Source: Fibrobacterales bacterium
GTDB lineage: Bacteria > Fibrobacterota > Fibrobacteria > Fibrobacterales > JAOPTW01
Reading direction: 5' to 3'
DNA: 64,000 nt
Assembly: GCA_051532055.1 (NCBI GenBank)
Contig: JAOPTX010000015.1
Coordinates: forward strand, 153,334 to 217,333
In this document: piece by piece, positions 9,993 through 19,580 of the stretch
How positions within the stretch are numbered: the stretch's first letter is position 1
Layout of the letters: each line of letters starts with the position of its first letter
Made by a program: the position numbers and the translations under genes
The notes under the pieces: model-generated
What the model was told of the DNA's origin: nothing
What the model saw: only the letters and a program-made list of their open reading frames with translations
The model's database searches: none

Positions 9993-10496
9993 TTAAGTCT
10001 CTTCACTTCCTCGAGCCATGATTACTTTACCAGTGCGAATATATTCAACGATATTGAATTTTTCACAGAGCTCTTTCATAGAATCGATTTTTTCTGAATC
10101 ACCCGTTACCTGAATAATGGCGGAATCGGGAGTCATGTCAACAGTCATCGCTTTGAAGTGTTGGATGATTTGTAAGAGTTCAGTTCTGTGTTCTGGTGGG
10201 CACTTGATTTTGATAAGCGCAAGCTCTTTTTCAACGATATCATCACCAGTGTGGTCATTTGCATGCAACACATCAACAAGTTTTTGTAATTGCTTGATAA
10301 TTTGTTCAAGAATATCTGGATTACCACGAGCGACGATATTCATTCGAGCAAATCGTTCCTCTTTTGAGGGGGATACGACTAGTGAGTCTATGTTATAACC
10401 GCGACGTGAAAATACCAATGCGATACGAACGAGAGCGCCGGGTCTGTTTTCAACCAGTAAACTAATAGAGTGAGCGGGGTGTTTGTTGTAGGGCAT
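9993..10496 (-). CDS. ilvN: acetolactate synthase small (regulatory) subunit
   Basis: 167 aa with an ACT-domain start, LLVENRPGALVRIALVFSRRGYNIDSLVV. Overlaps the ilvB stop by 1 nt. Confidence 0.9.
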   Translation of the reverse strand: MPYNKHPAHSISLLVENRPGALVRIALVFSRRGYNIDSLVVSPSKEERFARMNIVARGNPDILEQIIKQLQKLVDVLHANDHTGDDIVEKELALIKIKCPPEHRTELLQIIQHFKAMTVDMTPDSAIIQVTGDSEKIDSMKELCEKFNIVEYIRTGKVIMARGSEET

Positions 10497-12211
10497 TAGG
10501 TGCTCCCAGTTGGTTTTTCAAGTTTTACTTTTGGTGCTTCTGTCATCATGCTAGAATAGGGGGCGCCAGCAGGAATCATCGGGAAGACATTTGCTTCTTT
10601 TTCTACTTCACAGTGAATAAGAACAGGACCTTCATTAAAATCGAGTGCTCGTTCAATAATTTTTTCTACGTCAGCGGCGCGTTTTAGTTTCAATGCTTTA
10701 ATTCCATAGGCTTCTGCAAGTTTGCAAAAGTCAGGATTGTCAGAGAGGTCAACACCTGAATAGCGTTTGTCATAAAACATATCCTGCCACTGGCGTACCA
10801 TACCGAGAAACTTATTATCCATTACAAATACTTTAACGGGTATTTTTTCACGAGCAATGGTTGCAAGCTCCATAAGGGTCATCTGAAAGCCGCCATCACC
10901 GACAATGGCAATGGCAGTTCTGTTTGGATTGCCGACAGCCGCACCAATGAGGGCGGGAAATCCATAGCCCATTGTGCCAGCGCCGCCTGAGGTAATACAG
11001 CATCGAGGGGTGTTGTGAGTGTAAAACTGTGCAGTCCACATTTGGTGTTGACCTACATCAGTTGCAACAATGGCTTCGCCTGAAGTTTTTTGATGCAGAA
11101 CATCGATAATGTGCTGCATTTTTAGTCCACCCTGTTTTTTATAGTGGAGTGGGAATTTTCTCTTCCAGCCGGTTATTTGCTTGAGCCATTTTGTTGTATC
11201 AGCCTTAACTATTAATGGTGTTAATTCTTCTAGTACTTGTTTTGCGTCTCCAATGATTGAGACATCGGGTGTGAGGATTTTGCCAATTTCAGCAGGGTCA
11301 ATGTCGATATGGATTTTAACGGCATCTTTACAGAATTCATCAAGTTTTCCAGTGATGCGATCGTCCCATCGTGAACCAATAGACATAATAAGGTCACACT
11401 CTTCAACAGCTTTGTTGGCATAAGCGGTTCCATGCATGCCGAGCATTCCAAGCGATAAGGAGTTTGAACCAGCTATAGCACCAGCTCCAAGAAGAGTGTT
11501 GGTAACAGGAGATTGTAATTTCTCCGCAAACTCGGTTACCTGTTTCGAAGCGTCAGAAATTATACATCCTTGGCCAGCTAATATTACTGGGCGTTTTGCC
11601 TTTGAAAGGAGTTCAGCTGCTTTGCGAATTGCGCTTTCATCACCCTTTTCAGGAATAGAATAACCAGGGAGGTCAATGGTGGCATCAATAGGATTTGTGC
11701 AGAGCCCTGTCGCTACATCTTTAGGGACGTCAATTAATACAGGGCCTGGGCGGCCTGTCTTTGCAATATAGAAACTCTCTTTAACTACTTTCGCAAGCTC
11801 ATTTACATTTTTAACGAGAAAGGAATGTTTCACACAAGCAAAACTCATTCCAGAGATGTCGCTTTCTTGAAATGCATCTTTTCCAAGTTGCGAGGTTATG
11901 GTTTGGCCACTAATTACAACTATAGGGACTGAGTCCATGTGTGCAGTGTAGATGCCAGTTAATGTATTTGTCGCTCCTGGGCCGGAGGTTACAAGAACAG
12001 CACCTGGCTTCCCTGTTGCACGCGCATACCCATCTGCCATATGCACAGCAGATTGTTCATGACGAACAAGGATAAGTTGTATTGTTGAATCGAGTAATGC
12101 GTCAAAAAGAGGTATTGCTGCACCTCCAGGGTAGGCGAATACGCATTCAACACCCTCTTTTTTTAGAGAGTCGATAATGATTTCTGCGCCACTTAGATAT
12201 TTTTTTGCCAT
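10496..12211 (-). CDS. ilvB: acetolactate synthase large subunit (ThDP-dependent)
   Basis: Carries the ThDP/FAD enzyme motifs GYARATGKPGAVLVTSGPGATN and GDGGFQM..ELAT. The ORF is open from 12253, but MAKKYLSGAEII at 12211 fits the usual N-terminus. Confidence 0.9.
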   Translation of the reverse strand: MAKKYLSGAEIIIDSLKKEGVECVFAYPGGAAIPLFDALLDSTIQLILVRHEQSAVHMADGYARATGKPGAVLVTSGPGATNTLTGIYTAHMDSVPIVVISGQTITSQLGKDAFQESDISGMSFACVKHSFLVKNVNELAKVVKESFYIAKTGRPGPVLIDVPKDVATGLCTNPIDATIDLPGYSIPEKGDESAIRKAAELLSKAKRPVILAGQGCIISDASKQVTEFAEKLQSPVTNTLLGAGAIAGSNSLSLGMLGMHGTAYANKAVEECDLIMSIGSRWDDRITGKLDEFCKDAVKIHIDIDPAEIGKILTPDVSIIGDAKQVLEELTPLIVKADTTKWLKQITGWKRKFPLHYKKQGGLKMQHIIDVLHQKTSGEAIVATDVGQHQMWTAQFYTHNTPRCCITSGGAGTMGYGFPALIGAAVGNPNRTAIAIVGDGGFQMTLMELATIAREKIPVKVFVMDNKFLGMVRQWQDMFYDKRYSGVDLSDNPDFCKLAEAYGIKALKLKRAADVEKIIERALDFNEGPVLIHCEVEKEANVFPMIPAGAPYSSMMTEAPKVKLEKPTGST

Positions 12212-12669
12212 TTTTAAGGTCACCCATTGTTTGTGATTGGTAAAATGTACCAAATATTAGGGTAAAAGCCAAAAGATTGATTCATTTGTTTAGTTGTTTT
12301 GAGTGAAATTCCTTGTATTTTGTTTAAGTGGCGGTTTAGAGCAGCGCCCGTGTTGATAAAATGGCCATATTTTAGTTAAGTTGTTCTTTGTTGGTGTGGC
12401 TTTGTTATTTTGGTTAGTTTGGCTGTTCGCAGTTTGTTCTCGGTGTAAAAAATACGCAATGTGGGTAAAAGTGTAAAAATAGACTTGTATCCTAGCGATA
12501 AATAATGTTGTTTTGTGAAACACAATAAATAATTGCCCTGTTTCTCTAAAAAATGAGGAACAAGGGGGGATTGTTTACACATAGGAAAAGTAATTTGCGT
12601 TTTTTTATTATATATAATGAGAACGTTAAAACATCATACAACAACACTGATATATAACAGGAGAAATAA

Positions 12670-13293
12670 ATGGGTATTATTCTTAAAGGTTTTGGCTTGG
12701 ATCAATCCGGATGGGGCTTCATGTGGGCAATTGCAATCATGGGTGGTCTTGCACTGGGTCTTACAGTAGAGAGATTTTACTACATAGTGATTAAGTCTGG
12801 CAAAGGCAGAAAAGAGTTTATGAAAAATATTGCCGGAATGCTAAAATCTGAAAAAGTATCCGAAGCTATTAACTATGCAAAAACATCAGAGCTTCCATTA
12901 GCAAAATGTATTTATGCTGTGTTGTCTAACAAAGATCGTGGTGAGAAAGGGATGACTAAAGCACTTGATGAAGTATTCCTTACTGAAGCTCCAAGGGTTA
13001 ATCGTTATTTAAGTGTTCTGATGACTCTTGCAAATGTTGCAACACTCGTGGGTCTTATTGGTACTATTTTTGGTCTAATCATGGCGTTTGATGCGGTAGC
13101 GAATTTACCTGCAGCTGAGAGACCAACCGCACTTGCAAATGGTATTGCAGTAGCGATGAATACTACCTTCTGCGGACTATTTGTGGCTATTCCACTCATG
13201 TTTGCTCAGGGATATTTTTCAATGGAATCTGAAAGAATAATTGAAGAAATGGAAGAAAAATCACTGAAAGTTATCAATCTGTTTGATAAATAG
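12670..13293 (+). CDS. exbB: MotA/TolQ/ExbB-family proton channel
   Basis: 207 aa with VGLIGTIFGLIMAF and AVAMNTTFCGLFVAIPL motifs. An AGGAG Shine-Dalgarno site lies upstream. Confidence 0.85.
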   Translation: MGIILKGFGLDQSGWGFMWAIAIMGGLALGLTVERFYYIVIKSGKGRKEFMKNIAGMLKSEKVSEAINYAKTSELPLAKCIYAVLSNKDRGEKGMTKALDEVFLTEAPRVNRYLSVLMTLANVATLVGLIGTIFGLIMAFDAVANLPAAERPTALANGIAVAMNTTFCGLFVAIPLMFAQGYFSMESERIIEEMEEKSLKVINLFDK

Positions 13294-13333
13294 AAACTAT
13301 CAAATTATTGATTAACCTTTTCAAGGATTGTCC

Positions 13334-14134
13334 ATGTCGAGAAAAAGAAAAAAGATAAAAGCAGATGATCTCGATCTGTTGCCGGTAATGAATCTCTTTT
13401 CGATTCTAATTCCGTTTTTGCTTTCAGTTGCTGTTTTTCAAAAAATGGCAATTGTTGAAGTAAATATGCCATCGAGATCTATAATGAATAATGCCCCCAA
13501 TAAACCCGATGATCAATCATTATCATTAACGGTAGCTATTACTGGAAATGGATTGGAATTGTGGGCTCGGGGTGGTTCTTTGCCGAAAATTTATACGAAG
13601 GAGATGCATACATACAGATGTAAGTCTGATGAAAGCTCTTTTCGTGTTGATCCGGCTAAATTTAGCGAACAAAATCCTGTGAAGTGTAAAAGTGGCGATG
13701 TTGCTTCGAAATACGAGATAGAGACTATACATCTCTATGGTCTTGAAAAAACATCTGAAAAAGATCCAGGTAAAATAATGAAAGCAGTATACAATAGTAA
13801 CGACTCTGTTATTATTGACCAAACTGCAAATTTTATTCAACGACTTGACACTCTTAAGGTAGGAGATATTGTAGCTACCCTTGAAGAGGGATCAGGCCGA
13901 AAGGCTGACGCTGAAATAATGAGCGGTTTTCGTGAAGATTATCTCTCGGGTTATGATATGCTCGCTAAGACGTTAATTGGTATTAACAATCGATTTGGTG
14001 ACCTGCCTGATGCACAAAATATAATTGTACTTGCAGATGATAAAATCGTGTTCGATAAAGTAATCAATGTTATGGATGTTGCTCGTGAAGCTGGCTTTTT
14101 TAAGATCCAACTTGCTAAATTGGGAGGGAGCTAA
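13334..14134 (+). CDS. exbD: ExbD/TolR-family protein, long variant with an internal insertion of about 130 aa
   Basis: N-terminal TM with a conserved Asp (DLDLLPVMNLFSILIPFLL) and a C-terminal IIVLADDKIVFDKVINVMDVAREAGF. About twice the normal ExbD length. The ATG at 13334 follows AAGGA. Confidence 0.7.
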   Translation: MSRKRKKIKADDLDLLPVMNLFSILIPFLLSVAVFQKMAIVEVNMPSRSIMNNAPNKPDDQSLSLTVAITGNGLELWARGGSLPKIYTKEMHTYRCKSDESSFRVDPAKFSEQNPVKCKSGDVASKYEIETIHLYGLEKTSEKDPGKIMKAVYNSNDSVIIDQTANFIQRLDTLKVGDIVATLEEGSGRKADAEIMSGFREDYLSGYDMLAKTLIGINNRFGDLPDAQNIIVLADDKIVFDKVINVMDVAREAGFFKIQLAKLGGS

Positions 14135-14634
14135 TGGCACGTATGGGTAGAACCTATGGTGAAAAAGAGCAAAAGCTTAATATCACCTCTATGATGGACG
14201 CATTTACAATTGTACTTGTGTTTCTTCTCAAATCATTTGCTGCAGAAGGTAACCTTCTTACTCAAGCTGACAATATGAAACTTCCCTATTCTGTTTCTCA
14301 GAAACAACCAACAGAAGTATCTCTTTTGATTGTTGTTGACTCTGATCAGGTTCTTATTGATAACGTTCCCGTTATTGAAACGAAATTAGTTCGTGCTCAA
14401 GATTCACTTCTTGTAGCTCCAATGGTCGAAGAACTGAAAAAGAAGCGCGATGCTGAAAAGAAAGCTGCGTTAATCAGGGGCGATGATGGTGATGGCGAAG
14501 AAGGTGGTAAAGTTATCGTACAGCTCGATAAAAATACAGAGTATGACATTATGTACAAAGTAATGGCGACTTGTGGATTTGCAGAATATAATAATGTGGC
14601 CTTTGCAGTAGTGCAGAGAACACCAGGAGATTAA
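14134..14634 (+). CDS. exbD: ExbD/TolR-family protein
   Basis: 166 aa with NITSMMDAFTIVLVFLL in the TM and VIVQLDKNTEYDIMYKVMATCGFAEY at the C-terminus. Its start overlaps the previous stop (TAATG). Confidence 0.8.
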   Translation: MARMGRTYGEKEQKLNITSMMDAFTIVLVFLLKSFAAEGNLLTQADNMKLPYSVSQKQPTEVSLLIVVDSDQVLIDNVPVIETKLVRAQDSLLVAPMVEELKKKRDAEKKAALIRGDDGDGEEGGKVIVQLDKNTEYDIMYKVMATCGFAEYNNVAFAVVQRTPGD

Positions 14635-14645
14635 CAGGAGAACCA

Positions 14646-15593
14646 ATGACTAAAAATGATCCTAAAAATAATAAGGTAAAAGAAGTCGACAGGTTTACCG
14701 AAGCCCTGATGCCTGAGTCAGACGAAAGGGTGTATAAGTTTTCTGTTGTCTTTATAATTATTTCTTTAATCGCTTCTGCGCTATTTACAACTATTGTAAT
14801 TGTTCCTGAAATTATTCTCGCTAAGGAAACTGCCGAAATTGAAGCAGTTATGAAGATCGAGGAAAAAAAGAAGGAAGAGAAAAAAGAAGAGAAAAAGAAA
14901 AAAGCGAAGAAGAAACGCAAAAAGACCGGTGGTGGTGGTAAAAAACGCGGCAAGGGGACTCCAAATGCTCCGCAAAGTCGTGGTGTATTAAAGTTGTTAA
15001 CCTCACGTACTACAAAATCGGGCTTTAGTGCTTATTCGCTTATGAAAAACAAGAGCTTTGCTAAAGATATCAACAAGGTTCTTAAGAATGTTGCAGGTCT
15101 TCAAAAGACTGGAAAAACCAAATTGGGTGGTCGTCGAGGTAAAAAAACCTCTAAGTTTAATGACGGGTATGCGGAAGGTGGATCTGGTGGTATTGGAGAT
15201 ATGCTGAGTGGACTTCTTGGTGGGGGCGGCGGTGCTGTTTCTACTGGAGCTAAAGGTAAATTCAGAGCGCCAAGTAGCTCGGATATTGATATGGGTCAAG
15301 GAGGGGGCAACCGTTCTAAGTCATCTATCATGCGAGTTGTGAGAAGTCGTTCTCCTGGTCTGCGTCATATTTATAATAAATACCTTAAAAAGCATCCTGG
15401 CTTTGCTGGTAAAGTAAATTTGAATTTCACTATTGCCCCAAGCGGCAAAATCATTAAGATTAAAATAGTGGGATCCTCTACAGGGGTTAAAGCCTTTGAC
15501 AATGAGGTTAAAAACAAAGTACGTCGTTGGAAATTCGAAAGAATTAAATCGGGTAACTGTACGATTACGCTTCCCTTTGCTTTCTCTGAATAG
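14646..15593 (+). CDS. TonB/TolA-like energy transducer with an AgmX/PglI-type C-terminal domain
   Basis: N-terminal TM, a Lys/Glu-rich linker, Gly-rich stretches, and a C-terminal LRHIYNKYLKKHPGFAGKVNLNFTIAPSGKI..RWKF pattern. Confidence 0.65.
   Translation: MTKNDPKNNKVKEVDRFTEALMPESDERVYKFSVVFIIISLIASALFTTIVIVPEIILAKETAEIEAVMKIEEKKKEEKKEEKKKKAKKKRKKTGGGGKKRGKGTPNAPQSRGVLKLLTSRTTKSGFSAYSLMKNKSFAKDINKVLKNVAGLQKTGKTKLGGRRGKKTSKFNDGYAEGGSGGIGDMLSGLLGGGGGAVSTGAKGKFRAPSSSDIDMGQGGGNRSKSSIMRVVRSRSPGLRHIYNKYLKKHPGFAGKVNLNFTIAPSGKIIKIKIVGSSTGVKAFDNEVKNKVRRWKFERIKSGNCTITLPFAFSE
14859..14904 (+). repeat. 46-nt uninterrupted homopurine tract (codes the E/K linker)
   Basis: Reading 14859-14904 directly gives only A/G (GAGGAAAAAAAGAAGGAAGAGAAAAAAGAAGAGAAAAAGAAAAAAG). 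Confidence 0.8.
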
Positions 15594-15601
15594 CAAATTT
15601 T

Positions 15602-15633
15602 AGAGCCGGCTTATTCAAGCCGGCTCTTTTTTT
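15602..15633 (+). terminator. rho-independent terminator
   Basis: AGAGCCGGCTT-ATTC-AAGCCGGCTCT followed by a T-run, directly after the TonB-like stop. Confidence 0.8.
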
Positions 15634-15812
15634 ATTTACCGATGAAATGATGTGATTTTATTTTCTCAAAGCGATCTTTAAATTTCCTAAAAAAGGTTGG
15701 AAATAGATGGATTATTTTTCTGAGTTCAACGGATGGTGTTCCTCTGTTTTTTATCCCAAAGAGACAAAAAACAGTTAGCTTTTATCTATAACGAAATTAT
15801 GGAAGGTATCTC

Positions 15813-17225
15813 ATGAAAAAACTGTTGGTTGGTTCATTTATAGTGGGGCTCTGTTACTCTGCGGCTTTTGCTACATATGCTCGAATAGAGTCTATGGGTA
15901 AAAATTCAACCTATATAATGGATGACATGAGTATTTTTGATAACCCAGCAAATATTGGAATATATCCAAATTATTTAATTGGGGAGATGGGGACTTATCT
16001 TGATGACGTAGATCAAGGGAGTAATTTGGACCCTCAAAATCCTTGGTTTGGTGGAATATTTGCTATTGGAATAGGTCGTAATGCAAAAGCGGATCCTCGT
16101 TTTTCTATTGCGGGTGCCTTTAATCGTGTTGATCAAAAATTGTTCCGTTTCTTTCCGGATAAAATAGTAGTGAGAGACGTCTCTTCAAACGCTATAGGGA
16201 TAGACCCTACTATAGCAAGTATTGTTAAGGATACAACCCTTCCTGGTTTAAATCAAGCGCACCTTGTTGAGGTCCCCTCACCGACAACTAATTTTGATGG
16301 CTTTCTTGGGCTTTCTACTGAGTCAGGTGATCTCTATGGTCTTCATGTGTATGTTGCCTATCAAGATGGTGCCAATGAGCAGAATGGTATGTATCAGTTG
16401 AATAATGAAGCAAATGCCTCAATTATTAAGATGGATGCAGGAACTAATTTACAAGTGAGTAGTACTATTGATGCAGAAGTAGCAATAGGTATTGCGAGTA
16501 TGCAGTATGGTAAAGGGACTTTTATTGATTGGGATAATCTTTCTTATCTTGCAAATGCTCGACTCTTTTCAACGGTTGACATGATTAATGGTGAACTCGT
16601 ACCGACAGTGTCTTATGGTAATTATACTCTACCAGGGCAAGAGGCTGTGGAGATTCAAGCGGGTCTAGGGATTAATGTTTCTATGGATAACATGGGTTTC
16701 TTTTGGCTTGGTTTTGACTTCATAAGTAACACCTCAAAATATGTATCTAAAAGCGTTTCACAAGGATTGGGTTCTACTATTAGTTCTTATCCAAGTTTTT
16801 ATAATTATGAGGGTGAGGTGGTGTATTCAACATTTTCCACAACCAGCAACACTACGGCTGGGAAAGATGTTGTATCTGAGACTGGTGGCAAAATTAGTTT
16901 TGGTATCGAACGATCTATCTGGTGGGACTGGTTTATTATACGCGTAGGTGGCCAGAAAGTTATTACCTATGTCGATTGTGATCTTGCTGTCGAGGAAGGG
17001 GGCTACTGTGGTGAGTTTACCAATGTAAATGGCTCTGGAAATTACATGAGAACAAATGTAGCAGGCAATGGAACCAATAGTGATCATGTAGGATTTGGTT
17101 TTGGGATTAATGTTGAAGAGAAATTAAAAATTGATGTGACTGTTGCAGAAGATCTGTTATACAGAAACCCGTTTTCAGGACAGGGTCGATTCTTTTCACG
17201 ACTTTCAGCAACGTACTCTTTTTAA
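15813..17225 (+). CDS. outer-membrane beta-barrel protein, possibly PorV/FadL-like
   Basis: Signal peptide, an N-terminal ARIESMGKNSTYIMDDMSIFDNPANIG pattern (resembles the gARa.gMGga..DD.sa..NPAg start of PorV-type barrels), alternating beta-strand character, and a C-terminal ...ATYSF aromatic end. Confidence 0.55.
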   Translation: MKKLLVGSFIVGLCYSAAFATYARIESMGKNSTYIMDDMSIFDNPANIGIYPNYLIGEMGTYLDDVDQGSNLDPQNPWFGGIFAIGIGRNAKADPRFSIAGAFNRVDQKLFRFFPDKIVVRDVSSNAIGIDPTIASIVKDTTLPGLNQAHLVEVPSPTTNFDGFLGLSTESGDLYGLHVYVAYQDGANEQNGMYQLNNEANASIIKMDAGTNLQVSSTIDAEVAIGIASMQYGKGTFIDWDNLSYLANARLFSTVDMINGELVPTVSYGNYTLPGQEAVEIQAGLGINVSMDNMGFFWLGFDFISNTSKYVSKSVSQGLGSTISSYPSFYNYEGEVVYSTFSTTSNTTAGKDVVSETGGKISFGIERSIWWDWFIIRVGGQKVITYVDCDLAVEEGGYCGEFTNVNGSGNYMRTNVAGNGTNSDHVGFGFGINVEEKLKIDVTVAEDLLYRNPFSGQGRFFSRLSATYSF

Positions 17226-17240
17226 GGGATAGCTAACTAG

Positions 17241-17624
17241 GTGATTTATTTGTTATTTTTATACAGAGCCAGCATTGTCTGGTTCTTTCTTGTTTTATTG
17301 ATAGGCTGTACAGATTCTCGGTTCACTATTGAAAAAAAATTAGATAGCCTGTTGCAAAGTGACCTTAAGATGATCGTTGCTCAGCAGTTGAATGAGGTAG
17401 AAAGAAAGAATATTCTTGATACGCCTTACTACCGTGTTGACGATTTACGCTTTTTTCAGGGCGACACTGCTAATTTGTATGCTGCTTATGCGAGGGTCTC
17501 TTTTTTCTTTTATCAAGAGATTGCTCTTAAAGAGGTGCGCAAGTATCGTTTTAATGCCCAATATAATTATTGGGATCGTTATGAAAAAAAACTGAGACAT
17601 TTTTCTGAAACTTCAAAAAAATAA
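17241..17624 (+). CDS. hypothetical lipoprotein
   Basis: GTG-start ORF with a lipobox-like LLIGC. No other motif recognised. Confidence 0.4.
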   Translation: MIYLLFLYRASIVWFFLVLLIGCTDSRFTIEKKLDSLLQSDLKMIVAQQLNEVERKNILDTPYYRVDDLRFFQGDTANLYAAYARVSFFFYQEIALKEVRKYRFNAQYNYWDRYEKKLRHFSETSKK

Positions 17625-17721
17625 GCACTAGTGAGACATAACTAGTTACTTTTTACACTATAACACAAAACCAGTAGAATGCTATTGGGATATTCAGGCA
17701 TTAAATAATAAGAGGTGAACA

Positions 17722-18738
17722 TTGTTTTCACGAGTATTTTCCAGTGATATTGGAATTGATCTAGGAACCGCCAATGTGCTGGTTAATGTATCTAACAAGG
17801 GAATAGTAATAAATGAACCTTCGGTCGTTGCAGTAGATAGACGATCGGGTAAGGTGGTTCATATTGGCTCTGATGCAAAAAAAATGCTCGGAAGAACTCC
17901 TGATGAGATAATAGCATGCCGTCCTATGAAAGATGGTGTAATTGCTGACTTTAAACTCGTTGAGAGTATGCTTCAGCACTTTATTAAAGTGGTACAAAAA
18001 TATCCACTCTTCTTTTTACGTCCTCGTGTTGTTATTGGAGTTCCATCTGGTATTACCGAAGTAGAAAAAAGAGCAGTGGTAGATGCAGCTCAAAGAGCTG
18101 GCGCAAAAGAAGTACATCTTGTAGCAGAACCTATGGCAGCAGCTATTGGCATGGGAATTCCTGTTGAAGACCCGTCAGGTAATATGGTTATTGATATCGG
18201 AGGTGGTACCTCAGAAATTGCTGTAATAGCACTCTATGGAATTGTATGTGATACTTCTGTACGGGTTGGGGGTGATGAAATGGATGAAGCGATTATCGAT
18301 TATCTCAAACGCACCTATAATCTATTAGTAGGTGAAAGTACCGCAGAGCAAATTAAGCTACAAATAGGATCTGCATTTCCTCTTGAAGAGGAATTAGAGA
18401 TGCAGGTGAAAGGGCGTGATCAAACTGCAGGTATACCTCGCACAATGAATATTTCTTCAGTTGAAGTGAGAGAGGCTTTAAATCAGCCAGTTACTTCTAT
18501 TGTCGAAGCGGTAAAACAGGCACTTGAACGAACACCTCCTGAGCTTTCTGCTGATATCTTAGATAAAGGTATTGTTATGACTGGTGGCGGTGCTCAACTT
18601 CGTGGTCTTGATGAACGTTTGAGACAAGAGACTAATCTTCCTGTGAATGTAATTGATGATCCGTTAGTATGTGTTTGCAAAGGTACCGCACGAATACTTG
18701 AAGATATGGAGAAATATCACAAGGTTCTCATGAGATAA
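17722..18738 (+). CDS. mreB: rod shape-determining actin homologue MreB
   Basis: Contains DIGIDLGTANVLV, VAEPMAAAIG and VIDIGGGTSE. TTG start 4 nt after AGAGGTGA. Confidence 0.95.
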   Translation: MFSRVFSSDIGIDLGTANVLVNVSNKGIVINEPSVVAVDRRSGKVVHIGSDAKKMLGRTPDEIIACRPMKDGVIADFKLVESMLQHFIKVVQKYPLFFLRPRVVIGVPSGITEVEKRAVVDAAQRAGAKEVHLVAEPMAAAIGMGIPVEDPSGNMVIDIGGGTSEIAVIALYGIVCDTSVRVGGDEMDEAIIDYLKRTYNLLVGESTAEQIKLQIGSAFPLEEELEMQVKGRDQTAGIPRTMNISSVEVREALNQPVTSIVEAVKQALERTPPELSADILDKGIVMTGGGAQLRGLDERLRQETNLPVNVIDDPLVCVCKGTARILEDMEKYHKVLMR

Positions 18739-18749
18739 GGTGGGCATAA

Positions 18750-19580
18750 GTGTCAGCTCCTGTTAAGTCGTATGATTCAATTGTTGCTTTTTTAAAGTAT
18801 GGTAGGGGCATAACCTCTTTCCTAATTTGTATTGTAATTTCGTCAAGTCTTTTTAATCTTAATCTCGTTCAGAAAAAAACAATTTTTGACATCAGTATCA
18901 GCACATTCTTAGCACCTGCACAAAAAGTGCTCATGTGGATGGAGGGAATTAAAGATCTTCAGGCTGAAAATGTGTTGCTAAAGGAAGAGAAGGCGCGACT
19001 TCGGTTAGAAAATGATCTCTTGATTGAAGCTAAAATAGAGAATGTACGCCTCAAAGATTTTCTGTCTTTCAAACAAACAGAAGAATACCCTCTTATTTTT
19101 GCTCAAGTTATTGCGCGAGACCCTGGACGATTGCACTCCTCGTGTGTTATTGATGTGGGATCTAAAGACTCAATAGAAGTTAATATGCCTGTTTTTACTG
19201 CAAACGGTGTGGTAGGAAAGGTTTTTAAAGTGTTTAATTCTCACTCATATGTACAATTTCTTAATGATCCAGCATCTAAAGTATCCGCTATTGAGAACAG
19301 GTCGAGGACCATAGGGGTTCTTCAAACCGTTGACTCATATACGTTAGAACTTGCAGTACCTAATTATGCTGACGTGCGAGTCGGCGATACTTTGGTTACC
19401 TCAGGGTATGGTGGTATATTTCCAAAAGGTATGCGTCTTGGTGTAATTACAGGATTTATATCGGGTGATATTGAACTTATGAAAAAAGCAGAAGTAGCGC
19501 TCTTTCAAAGTCCAGCATATGTTGAAGAGGTATTTGTTCTAAAGAAAGAATCTGATTGGGTATTTAAGGGAGGAAAGTGA
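18750..19580 (+). CDS. mreC: rod shape-determining protein MreC
   Basis: Position after mreB. TM, coiled coil (LQAENVLLKEEKARLRLEN) and C-terminal beta domains (VVGKV..GGIFPKGMRLG). Confidence 0.85.
   Translation: MSAPVKSYDSIVAFLKYGRGITSFLICIVISSSLFNLNLVQKKTIFDISISTFLAPAQKVLMWMEGIKDLQAENVLLKEEKARLRLENDLLIEAKIENVRLKDFLSFKQTEEYPLIFAQVIARDPGRLHSSCVIDVGSKDSIEVNMPVFTANGVVGKVFKVFNSHSYVQFLNDPASKVSAIENRSRTIGVLQTVDSYTLELAVPNYADVRVGDTLVTSGYGGIFPKGMRLGVITGFISGDIELMKKAEVALFQSPAYVEEVFVLKKESDWVFKGGK

Noticed and set aside
12254-12669. A classical ilv leader-peptide attenuator upstream of ilvB.
   Set aside because: No short ORF enriched in Ile/Leu/Val codons and no terminator/antiterminator pair was seen. 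The 77-aa and 68-aa ORFs in the track have no such character.
14549-14975. Minus-strand ORFs of 134 and 64 aa rich in Phe/Leu/Ser.
   Set aside because: They are antisense mirror images of the homopurine E/K-coding tract inside the TonB-like gene. This is a low-complexity artefact.
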